From an uncultured Gemmatimonadales bacterium (lineage in GTDB: Bacteria > Gemmatimonadota > Gemmatimonadetes > Gemmatimonadales > GWC2-71-9), in NCBI GenBank assembly GCA_963709905.1, contig CAVPYI010000005.1:147897-211896 (forward strand): DNA of 64,000 bases, in the 5' to 3' direction. Position 1 is the stretch's first letter. Each line of letters opens with the position of its first letter. Shown one piece after another: positions 30,900-40,348 of this stretch. Position numbers and translations under genes: made by a program. The notes under the pieces were generated by a model. It was not told the origin of the DNA. It saw only the letters and a list, made by a program, of their open reading frames with translations, and did no database searches.

Positions 30900-31265
30900 T
30901 CAGTTGCCGGGCGCCGGCACCGGCACCTTGGGCCCCGAATCGGTCGGGACCGGGATCGCCTCGATGGGGAGGCTCGAGGGTTGATTGGCCGGGGCCGTCT
31001 GGCGCAGCCGCTCGAGCACTTCACTGCTTCCGGTGCCGACGGCCGGTGAGACCAGGGAGAGGAGCAGCGCGAGGATCAGGAACGCCGCCCCGCAGATCCA
31101 GCTCATCTTGGTCAGCAAGGTGGCCGCCTGACGTCCGCCGACCACCAGGTCGGTCGTGCCACCGCCCAGCGAGGCGAGCCCGCCCCCCTGCCCGGCCTGG
31201 AGCAACACGACGGCTGTGAGGAGCAGCGCGTCGAGAATGATCAGAGTCAGCAGAAACGCGTACAT
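30900..31265 (-). CDS. secG: preprotein translocase subunit SecG
   Basis: N-terminus [36 protein letters not shown] is a typical SecG. Confidence 0.88.
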   Translation of the reverse strand: MYAFLLTLIILDALLLTAVVLLQAGQGGGLASLGGGTTDLVVGGRQAATLLTKMSWICGAAFLILALLLSLVSPAVGTGSSEVLERLRQTAPANQPSSLPIEAIPVPTDSGPKVPVPAPGN

Positions 31266-31338
31266 GGCATACCTGGTTGAGGCGCGCGTATTTTAACGGG
31301 CCCGCACCCCGAACGGAAGGCGGAAAATTGCCGTTCGG

Positions 31339-32085
31339 CTAGGTGGTGCCGACTATCGCGGCCCACCCCTCCGGGTCGAGACTCGCCCCGCCAACCAGCA
31401 CGCCGTCGATCGCCGGCTCCGCGAGCAGGTCCCTGACATTGCCCTGGTTGACACTGCCACCATACAGGACGGGAACCCGACCTGGAGCACCCAGCCGGGC
31501 GAGCTCGGCCCGGATGGCCCCGTGCACCAGGGCCGCATCCTGGGGTGTGGCGTTCTTCCCCGTCCCGATGGCCCAGACCGGCTCGTACGCGATCAGTACG
31601 CGGTCCCAGGCATCGGCGGCCACCTCTGCCAGTCCGGCTCCGAGCTGACGCAGGCAGATCCGTTCGGTCTCGCCGCGCTCACGCTCGGCCAGCTGCTCTC
31701 CGACGCACAGGATGGCAGTAAGCCCGGCGCCCAGCAGCGCCCGCACTTTTCGGCTGGTCTCCGCGTCGGTTTCGCCAAAGACATGCCGCCGTTCCGAATG
31801 CCCAACCAGCGCCCCCTGGGCTCCGGCGCCCTGAGCCAGCGGGATCGAGGTCGCGCCGGTGAAGGCACCCTTGGGCTCCCAGTGGACGTCCTGCGCACCG
31901 ACCCGGATGTCGGGGCGTCCGGCGAAGGCGAGGGTGGTTGCTTCGATCGACACCGCCGGGGGAAAGAACCAAAGCCCGCGGCCGGGCACCGGAGGCGCCA
32001 GGGCAAGGAACCGGGCCGCGAAGGCCCGGGCGTCCGCCGGCGGGACGTGCATCTTCCAGTTGGCGGCGAAGTTCAGCGGCCGCAT
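31339..32085 (-). CDS. tpiA: triose-phosphate isomerase
   Basis: ANWKM, GHSERR and AYEPVWAIGTG motifs. Confidence 0.95.
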   Translation of the reverse strand: MRPLNFAANWKMHVPPADARAFAARFLALAPPVPGRGLWFFPPAVSIEATTLAFAGRPDIRVGAQDVHWEPKGAFTGATSIPLAQGAGAQGALVGHSERRHVFGETDAETSRKVRALLGAGLTAILCVGEQLAERERGETERICLRQLGAGLAEVAADAWDRVLIAYEPVWAIGTGKNATPQDAALVHGAIRAELARLGAPGRVPVLYGGSVNQGNVRDLLAEPAIDGVLVGGASLDPEGWAAIVGTT

Positions 32086-33272
32086 CAGGCGTCGTCCAGG
32101 GCGGCCACGCCCGGCAGCGGCTTGCCTTCGAGGAATTCGAGCGACGCGCCGCCGCCGGTCGACACATGGCTCATGCGGGACTCCAATCCTGCCTGGGCGA
32201 CCGCCGCCGCCGAATCGCCACCGCCCACCACGGTGGTCACCCCCTTCCCGGTCGCCTCCGCCATGGCCCGCGCCACGGCCAGCGTTCCGTGATCGAACGG
32301 CGGAGTCTCGAATACGCCCATCGGGCCGTTCCAGACCACCGTCTTCGCCCGCGCAATCCGTTTCGCGAACTCATTCTCGGTAGCGGCATCGATATCGTAC
32401 ATCGCCCACCCGGGGGGAATGCCGGTGCGGGGCACGGACTGGGTGGGCGCACCGGTCTCCAGCCGCTGAGCGATCACCGCGCCGGCGGGCAGGACCAGTT
32501 TCGCGCCGGCCCGCGCCATGAGGGTCTTGCCCATGTCGACTCGATCCTGCTCGACCAGTGACGTGCCGGTCTCCAGGCCCATGGCCCGAAAGAAAGTGCA
32601 CGCCATCGCGCCGCCTACCAGAATCTCGTCGATGCGGGGAAGCAGATGCTCGATCAGGTCGATCTTTCCCGAGACCTTGGCGCCGCCCAGGACGGCGACG
32701 AACGGGCGGGCAGGCCGGTCGAGCGCGCCACCGAGGTACTCGAGTTCCTTCTCCATCAGGAATCCGGCAACGGCCGGTTTCAGCAGTTTGGCGACGGCCT
32801 CGGTGCTCGCGTGGGCCCGGTGAGCCGACCCGAACGCGTCGTTGACGTAGAGGTCGCCCAGCGCGGCAAAGCCCTGGGCGAGGCCCGGGTCGTTCTTTTC
32901 TTCGCCGGTGTGGAACCGGGTGTTCTCCACCACCGCGACCCCACCCCGGGGAAGCCGCTTGGTGGTCGTCACCGCCTGGGCACTGAGCGGATCGGCGATG
33001 AACGTGACCGGTGCTCCGAGGAGGCGCTCCAGCTCGGTGGCGCAGGGCTGCAGGCTCTGGCCGGGGTCCGGGCCCTTGGGCCGCCCCAGATGGGAGAGCA
33101 GGACGACCCGCGCCCCTTTCTCGCGGAGATAGCGGATGGTCGGCAGCGAGGCACGGATCCGGGTGTTGTCGGTGATCGCGCCGTTCTTCACCGGGCAGTT
33201 GAAATCCACCCGGACCAACGCGCGCTGACCGTCGAGGGCCCGGGCGTCGAGAGAGCGGAGTGAGCGTTTCAT
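32085..33272 (-). CDS. pgk: phosphoglycerate kinase
   Basis: RVDFNCPV, LLSHLGRPKG, FLMEKELE and GGGDS motifs. Confidence 0.96.
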   Translation of the reverse strand: MKRSLRSLDARALDGQRALVRVDFNCPVKNGAITDNTRIRASLPTIRYLREKGARVVLLSHLGRPKGPDPGQSLQPCATELERLLGAPVTFIADPLSAQAVTTTKRLPRGGVAVVENTRFHTGEEKNDPGLAQGFAALGDLYVNDAFGSAHRAHASTEAVAKLLKPAVAGFLMEKELEYLGGALDRPARPFVAVLGGAKVSGKIDLIEHLLPRIDEILVGGAMACTFFRAMGLETGTSLVEQDRVDMGKTLMARAGAKLVLPAGAVIAQRLETGAPTQSVPRTGIPPGWAMYDIDAATENEFAKRIARAKTVVWNGPMGVFETPPFDHGTLAVARAMAEATGKGVTTVVGGGDSAAAVAQAGLESRMSHVSTGGGASLEFLEGKPLPGVAALDDA

Positions 33273-33280
33273 GGTCGGGT

Positions 33281-33353
33281 CTCGGCGCCTCGGCGACTCG
33301 GCGACTCGGCCGTGCCATCTAGCCGCCGAGCCGCCGAGCCGCCGAGCCGCCGG
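33281..33353. repeat. hairpin element with tandem-octamer arms that fills the gap-pgk spacer
   Basis: (CTCGGCGM)x3.75 at 33281-33310, 11-nt loop, (GCCGCCGR)x4 at 33322-33353. The arms are reverse complements apart from one position per unit. Confidence 0.85.
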
Positions 33354-34516
<1,163 letters not shown>

Positions 34517-34543
34517 CTCCTTGCCGACCGCCGACTCCCCCCC

Positions 34544-35260
34544 TTACACCACTGGCGGCCTGGCCCGGGCAAAAGTAACCGCCTCCACCGTGCCGGCTCC
34601 AGCCTCGAGCAGCGTGGCGGCCGCTTCCGCCAGGGTGGCACCGGTGGTAAACACGTCGTCCACCAGCACCAGCCGTGCGCCGGACGGCACATCGCCGGCA
34701 ACGAACGCGCCGGCGATGTTGGCCTGCCGGGCCTCGGGGGCCAGGGCGGTCTGGGTCCGGGTATCGCGACAGCGGGATAGCAGCCCGGGCTCCACCGGCT
34801 GGCCGGTTCTCCGACCGAGCTGCGAGGCCAGCTGGAAGGCCTGGTTGTAGCCCCGGCCCCGGGTGCGCTTGGGGGTGAGCGGTACGGGCACCAGCAGCGC
34901 GAGGGTTGCCGGCCGCAGACGCGCCATGAGCCGGGCCATCGGCTCCGCGACCCGTCGCCAGCCGCCGTACTTGAGCTGGTGGACCGCCGCTCGAGCGGCG
35001 TCATCGAGCCAGACCGCGCTGCGCACCGGGCCGAACCCGTCCGGCCAGCCGGAGCAGACGCGACAGACATCCGCCATTCCGCCGTCCGGCTGGCCACACC
35101 GGGCGCACTGCGGCTCGGGGAGACGGCGCCAGCGCGATTGACAGGGTGGACAGACCAGCGGGTCCTCGTCCCCGACCGGCTCGCGGCACGACAGGCACTC
35201 GCCCGGGAGAAGCCAGCGCTCCGCCAGCCGCGCCAGTTCCGGCAGCTCAGCGAAGCGCAC
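34544..35260 (-). CDS. comF: ComF-family protein (phosphoribosyltransferase fold with N-terminal Cys4 zinc finger)
   Basis: CLSC..(x)..CPPC...CARCG cysteine pairs and the PRTase loop LVLVDDVFTTGATL. Confidence 0.85.
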   Translation of the reverse strand: MRFAELPELARLAERWLLPGECLSCREPVGDEDPLVCPPCQSRWRRLPEPQCARCGQPDGGMADVCRVCSGWPDGFGPVRSAVWLDDAARAAVHQLKYGGWRRVAEPMARLMARLRPATLALLVPVPLTPKRTRGRGYNQAFQLASQLGRRTGQPVEPGLLSRCRDTRTQTALAPEARQANIAGAFVAGDVPSGARLVLVDDVFTTGATLAEAAATLLEAGAGTVEAVTFARARPPVV

Positions 35261-36050
35261 GGTCCACGGCGGCCCGCATCACCTCCGCCGGCGGGTCTTC
35301 CTGTGGGAACCAGTGCTGAAACGCGGCCACGCCCTGTGCCACCAGCATCAGGCGTCCGTCCGCGGCGCGCAGTCCTTCCTGCCGCATGAGCCGGACCCAC
35401 GCCGTTTCGCCGCGGTGGTACACCATGTCCAGTGCCACCAGCGCGTGCGGCGCGTCCTCCAGCGCCAGCGGAAGATGATCCCCGGTCTGAAGGCCGAGCG
35501 GGGTGGTGTTGATGAGCACCTCGCACGCCGACGCCCCGATGATGGTCGCCCCCTGGGCCCGGCACCAGTCCTCGAACGCCTGTCGGCGGCCGGCATCGCG
35601 CGAGCGGATCGCCACGCCCGCGCCGCAGGCGATGGCGGCCGCGACGGCGGCCCGGGCACCACCGCCGGTCCCCGCCACCAGCCAGGCGGTGGATGGGGCC
35701 TCCAGCCGGCCCAAGGCCTCGAGAACGCCGAAGACGTCGGTATTCTCACCGGCGGAACCCCGGTCGATACCCCAGAAGGTGTTGCAGGCCCCGAGGGCTT
35801 TCACCCGTCCGCTCGGTTGGTCGACCGCCGTGGCGGCGAGCTCCTTGTGGGGCACGGTCACGTTGCCGCCCCCGCCGGCGCGGGTGAGGGCCCGGATCAG
35901 CGCCGGGACATCCGCCGGCAGCGAGCGCAGCGCCACATAGGCCGCGTCGAGGCCGAGCGCCTGAAACGCGGCATTGTGCATCGCGGGGGAAAGCGAGTGC
36001 GCCACCGGATCGCCCAGAATGGCGAACACCCGCGTGCTACCGCCGATCAC
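35247..36050 (-). CDS. aroE: shikimate dehydrogenase
   Basis: GDPV.HSLSP.MHNAAF, NVTVPHK, NTD..G and GTGG.ARA motifs. Confidence 0.92.
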   Translation of the reverse strand: MIGGSTRVFAILGDPVAHSLSPAMHNAAFQALGLDAAYVALRSLPADVPALIRALTRAGGGGNVTVPHKELAATAVDQPSGRVKALGACNTFWGIDRGSAGENTDVFGVLEALGRLEAPSTAWLVAGTGGGARAAVAAAIACGAGVAIRSRDAGRRQAFEDWCRAQGATIIGASACEVLINTTPLGLQTGDHLPLALEDAPHALVALDMVYHRGETAWVRLMRQEGLRAADGRLMLVAQGVAAFQHWFPQEDPPAEVMRAAVDRALR

Positions 36051-36510
36051 CGAGCCGCTCCCGTTCCAACCGGCTCACGGCCACATCGAGCAGCGCATCC
36101 AGCTCGTCGAAGGTCTCACGATACGCCTCGAGTTCTCCGCCGAACGGATCGCGCACCTCAGCCGCGTCCCGGTCCCGCCCGGCATACTCTCCCAGCAGGT
36201 GGGCCTTGCCCCCGGCCCCGAGCTCTTCGACCCGGGCCAGGTGGTGGCGCGCCAGGGTGAGCACCAGATCGGCCGCACTCACCAACTCGCGAGTGAGCAG
36301 CTGGGCCCGGTGCCACGAGAGGTCGAGACCGTGTTCGAGACCCACCAGGTAGGCGCCTTCGCTTGCCGGCGCACCATCCCAGGCGCCGGTGCCGCCCGAC
36401 ACCACCGTGATGTCACCGAGGGCGCGGTCCGCCAGTTTGCGTCGAAGCAGGGCTTCGGCCAAGGGGCTCCGGCAGGTGTTCCCGGTGCAGACCAGCAGAA
36501 TCTGCTTCAC
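36037..36510 (-). CDS. low-molecular-weight protein tyrosine/arginine phosphatase
   Basis: LLVCTGNTCRSPLAE is the CX5R(S/T) P-loop; DPFG Asp loop lies near the C-terminus. Confidence 0.9.
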   Translation of the reverse strand: MKQILLVCTGNTCRSPLAEALLRRKLADRALGDITVVSGGTGAWDGAPASEGAYLVGLEHGLDLSWHRAQLLTRELVSAADLVLTLARHHLARVEELGAGGKAHLLGEYAGRDRDAAEVRDPFGGELEAYRETFDELDALLDVAVSRLERERLGDRR

Positions 36511-37184
36511 AGCAGCCGCTCCGCGATTCGCAGGTCTTCCTCCGTGGTGACCTTCAGATTGAACGCCGAGCCGGGCACGATCCGCACAGTGGCGCCGAGG
36601 CGTTCGACCAGCGCCGCATCGTCGGTCGCCGACGCCCCCTCACGCCGGGCCCGTGCATGGGCCTCCTCGAGTAGCCCGCGCGGAAACCCCTGCGGCGTCT
36701 GCGCACGCCAGAGCCGTTCTCTGGGCACCGTCCGCGTCACCCTCCGGTCCGGGTCGCCCTCCTTGAGCGTATCATCGAGCGGCAGCGCCGGAACCGCGCC
36801 TTCGCCCTGCCGTGCCACGGCAATGACCCCGTCGATCGTCGCTCGATCCACGAACGGGCGGGCGGCGTCGTGCACCAGGACGATGCTGCAGGTGGCCGGC
36901 AGGCTGGCGAGACCATGAGCCACCGAATCGCTCCGGGCGGAACCTCCGGCGACCAGGCTCAGCGCTCCGCCCAGCAGTTCGCTCAACCAGGGCGGCGGGC
37001 TGGCGGCGTCGGCCGGCGGCAGCGCGACGACCGTGTGGGCCACCTCCGGATGAGCGGTAAAGGGGCGCAACGCGCGCAGCAACATCGGGACGCCACCCAG
37101 CGGGTAATACTGCTTGAGCACCGCACCGCCGATCCGGGTGCCCTGCCCCGCGGCAACGACCACCACACCTACGTCACGCGGCAA
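36507..37184 (-). CDS. ispD: 2-C-methyl-D-erythritol 4-phosphate cytidylyltransferase
   Basis: VVVAAGQGTRIG...K and VLVHDAARPFV motifs. Confidence 0.92.
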   Translation of the reverse strand: MPRDVGVVVVAAGQGTRIGGAVLKQYYPLGGVPMLLRALRPFTAHPEVAHTVVALPPADAASPPPWLSELLGGALSLVAGGSARSDSVAHGLASLPATCSIVLVHDAARPFVDRATIDGVIAVARQGEGAVPALPLDDTLKEGDPDRRVTRTVPRERLWRAQTPQGFPRGLLEEAHARARREGASATDDAALVERLGATVRIVPGSAFNLKVTTEEDLRIAERLL

Positions 37185-38526
37185 GGGTCGGTACCAGCTG
37201 CTCGACGTGATCGAGCCCCACCAGGGTCAAGCCCTGCACCTGGCCCGTCGTCCGGCCGGACACGAAGACCCGCCGGAACCCGAGCCGCTCGGCCTCCCCC
37301 AGCCGCCGTTCCAGCCCCCCGACGGGCCGAATCTCGCCCCCCAGGCCCAGCTCCCCCAGAAACAGCGCGTCGGGGGGCGAGGGCCGGTTGTGAACGCTCG
37401 AGAGCAGCGCCGCAGCCACCGCCAGATCCGACGCCGGCTCGGTGAGGCGGAGGCCCGCCGTCACCTGCACGAAGACATCGAGATCGGCGAACGCCGTCCC
37501 GCCGCGCCGTTCGAGCACCGCCAGCAGCACCGCCAGCCGTTTCTGCTCCAGTCCGGCCGCCACCCGCTGGGGGGTTCCGTAGCCGCTCCGCGCCGCCAGG
37601 GCCTGGATCTCGACCAGCACCGGACGGGTCCCCTCCATCAGCGCCGTCACGGCGCTACCCGCGGTACCGGCGGATCGCGCGGCCAGGAACACCGCCGACG
37701 GATTCGGGACCGGGACAAGACCGTGCCCGGTCATCGTGAAGACGCCCAGCTCGTCAACCGAACCGAATCGGTTCTTGGTGGCCCGGAGCAGGCGGTGGTC
37801 GAGGCTCGCTTCCCCCTCGAAGTACAGCACGGTATCGACGATGTGCTCGAGGGTCTTGGGGCCGGCGATGCCGCCGCCCTTGGTGACGTGCCCCACGACG
37901 ATGACCGCCGAGCCGGTCTGCTTGGCGAATCGCATGAGCCGGGCGGCACATTCACGCACTTGCCCCACGTTGCCCGGGGCGCCTTCGAGCAGCTCCGTGT
38001 ACACCGTCTGAATCGAATCGAGGATCAGGAGATCGGCGCCCAGCGCCTGGGCCGCTTCGAGAATGGTCTCCAGCCGGGTCTCGCCCAGCACGTGCACCGG
38101 CCCGGCGTCCTCCTCCAGCCGCTCCGAGCGGAGCCGCAGCTGCTCCGGCGATTCCTCCCCGCTGGCGTAGAGCACCTTCCGGCCCTGCCCCTCCAGACGG
38201 GCGGCGACCTGCAGCAGGAGGGTGGATTTGCCGATGCCGGGTTCGCCGCCCACCAACGTCATCGAGCCGGGGACCAGACCGGACCCGAGCACGAAGTCCA
38301 GCTCGGGGAGCCCCGTGCTCCAGCGGACCAGCCGCGACGGCGCGATGTCCTGCAGGCGGTTCGGCGGCGCGACCGCATGGCGGCCCGCCCGCGGCTTGCC
38401 GGCCACCGCGACGACGGGTTCCTCCGCCACGCTGTTCCAGGCCCCGCACGCCTCACACTTCCCCACCCACTTGGGATGATCGTGGCCGCACTCGGTGCAG
38501 CGGTAGACGGAGCGGGATCTAGCCAT
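37174..38526 (-). CDS. radA: DNA repair protein RadA/Sms
   Basis: N-terminal zinc finger YRCTECG...W.GKC..CG.WN, Walker A GGEPGIGKSTL, the KNRFG motif and a Lon-like C-terminal domain. Confidence 0.96.
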   Translation of the reverse strand: MARSRSVYRCTECGHDHPKWVGKCEACGAWNSVAEEPVVAVAGKPRAGRHAVAPPNRLQDIAPSRLVRWSTGLPELDFVLGSGLVPGSMTLVGGEPGIGKSTLLLQVAARLEGQGRKVLYASGEESPEQLRLRSERLEEDAGPVHVLGETRLETILEAAQALGADLLILDSIQTVYTELLEGAPGNVGQVRECAARLMRFAKQTGSAVIVVGHVTKGGGIAGPKTLEHIVDTVLYFEGEASLDHRLLRATKNRFGSVDELGVFTMTGHGLVPVPNPSAVFLAARSAGTAGSAVTALMEGTRPVLVEIQALAARSGYGTPQRVAAGLEQKRLAVLLAVLERRGGTAFADLDVFVQVTAGLRLTEPASDLAVAAALLSSVHNRPSPPDALFLGELGLGGEIRPVGGLERRLGEAERLGFRRVFVSGRTTGQVQGLTLVGLDHVEQLVPTLAA

Positions 38527-38657
38527 CGGCGGCTCGGCGGCTCGGCGGCTCGGCGGCTCGACCGGTCAAGACCGGAGCAGGAGAGCCGCGGACCCCTGGG
38601 CCACGCAATCCGCGGCGGCGTCTTCCAGCCGCCGAGCCGCCGAACCGCCGAGCCGCC
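38527..38657. repeat. hairpin element with tandem-octamer arms that fills the entire dnaB-radA spacer
   Basis: (GGCGGCTC)x4 at 38527-38560 and gccgccgagccgccgaaccgccgagccgcc at 38628-38657 are reverse complements with one mismatch. About 67-nt loop containing an inner CCGCGGA/TCCGCGG stem. Confidence 0.9.
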
Positions 38658-40112
38658 CTACCCATGCTCGGGTTCCTCCCGGTCACTCAGACTGGCAAAC
38701 CGGGTGAACTGCTTGTGGAAGTACAGCTCGAGGTGCCCGGTCGGGCCGTTGCGGTGCTTGGCCACGATCAGCTCGGCCTTGCCCTCGTTGCTGTTGCCCT
38801 CCTTGTCCACCGGCTCGTACATCACGGGTCGATGGATGAACAGCACCAGGTCGGCATCCTGTTCGATGGCCCCGGAATCGCGCAGATCGGACAGAATCGG
38901 CTTGCGCTCCCCGCCGCGCTGCTCCGACGCGCGCGAGAGCTGAGACAGCGCGATCACCGGGACCTCGAGTTCGCGGGCGAGCGCCTTGAGCGAGCGCGAA
39001 ATGTCGGAGATCTCCTGGACCCGGTTGTCGGCGTAGGCCGGACTCCGCATGAGCTGGAGGTAGTCGACGATCACCAGCTGGACGTCGTTCTCCAGCCGCA
39101 GGCGCCGGGCCTTGGAGCGCATCTCGAGCAGGCTGATCGAGGGGCTGTCGTCGACCCAGATCGGGCAGGTCGAGAGCACCCCGGCGGCCCGCGCCAGCAT
39201 CGTGAAATCGGTGTCCGACAGGGTTCCCCGGCGGACCCGCTGGCTGTCCACCCGGGCTTCGGCGCAAAGCAGCCGCTGGACCAGCGATTCCTTCGACATC
39301 TCCATCGAGAAGATCGCCACCCCCGCCCCGGTCTCCGCCGCGTGCGCCGCGATATTGAGGCACAGGGCGGTCTTTCCCATCGAGGGCCGAGCCGCCACGA
39401 TCACCAGGTCGGAGCCCTGGAACCCGGTGGTGATCTCGTCCAAGTCTTTGAATCCACTGGGGACCCCGGTAACCTGTTTCCCCTGCTGATGGAGCTTTTC
39501 GATGCGCTCCATCGTCGGCCAGAGCATCTCCTTGAGTCGGCTGAAGTCTTCGGCCTTCCGGTACTGGGAAATCTGGAAGATCCGGGATTCGGCTTCATCC
39601 AGCAGCTGGCTGGCCGCCAGACTGCCTTCATAGGCCCGCGACACGATCGCGGTCGACGCCTCGATGAGATTGCGCAGGACCGCCTTCTCGCGGACGATGC
39701 CGGCATGGGCATCGAGATTCGCGGCGGTCACGGCCGCATCGATCAGCTCGGCGAGATACACCTCCCCGCCGGCGGCCTCCAGTTCTCCCTTGCGGTCCAG
39801 CTCGTCGCGCAGGGTGATGTGGTCGATCACCACCCGCCGCTCGGTCAGCCGCCGCATGGCCCGGAACAGCCGGCGATGGCCCTCGCGGTAGAACAGCGCA
39901 TCGTCCAACAGCTCCACGGCGCGGAGCGCGGCGTCCTGATCGAGGAGCATGGCGCCGAGCACCGCCTGCTCGGCCTCATTGCTCCACGGGGCGCCCCGCA
40001 CGGGGGCCACCGCGGGAGCGGCGGAATCGGTCTCGGAGAAAGTGCCGGGCGAGAACTGGGTCATTGCCGTGGATGGTGCCGGGAAGGAGGCCGAATCACC
40101 GGGGCGGCGCAA
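38658..40112 (-). CDS. dnaB: replicative DNA helicase DnaB
   Basis: N-terminal P.S.EAEQAVLGAML motif, Walker A ARPSMGKTA, IVDYLQLM and LSQLSR motifs. Confidence 0.96.
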   Translation of the reverse strand: MRRPGDSASFPAPSTAMTQFSPGTFSETDSAAPAVAPVRGAPWSNEAEQAVLGAMLLDQDAALRAVELLDDALFYREGHRRLFRAMRRLTERRVVIDHITLRDELDRKGELEAAGGEVYLAELIDAAVTAANLDAHAGIVREKAVLRNLIEASTAIVSRAYEGSLAASQLLDEAESRIFQISQYRKAEDFSRLKEMLWPTMERIEKLHQQGKQVTGVPSGFKDLDEITTGFQGSDLVIVAARPSMGKTALCLNIAAHAAETGAGVAIFSMEMSKESLVQRLLCAEARVDSQRVRRGTLSDTDFTMLARAAGVLSTCPIWVDDSPSISLLEMRSKARRLRLENDVQLVIVDYLQLMRSPAYADNRVQEISDISRSLKALARELEVPVIALSQLSRASEQRGGERKPILSDLRDSGAIEQDADLVLFIHRPVMYEPVDKEGNSNEGKAELIVAKHRNGPTGHLELYFHKQFTRFASLSDREEPEHG

Positions 40113-40348
40113 CGAGGATCTCGCGCGTGCGGGTGATCATCAACAGCGAAACTCGGTGGAAGCCGGCGGCGCTGTCAAGCACTTGCCGGAGCTCCGGCCG
40201 CATCGCGCGGGTCGCGGCAGTTTCCCCACAATTACCCACAGCAATTCAGACTCTCCACCTGCTCCACATTCCGTCCGTTTCCGCGGGGGCCGCCCCGGGA
40301 CCCGGTCGATTTCGGTAGCCGATTTGTGACGTGGATAACCCTGGCCGG

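Noticed and set aside
40113-40348. The dnaB upstream spacer as a candidate replication origin.
   Set aside because: It contains DnaA-box-like 9-mers but no AT-rich unwinding element and no dnaA, dnaN or gidA context. It is kept only as a possible DnaA-regulated promoter.
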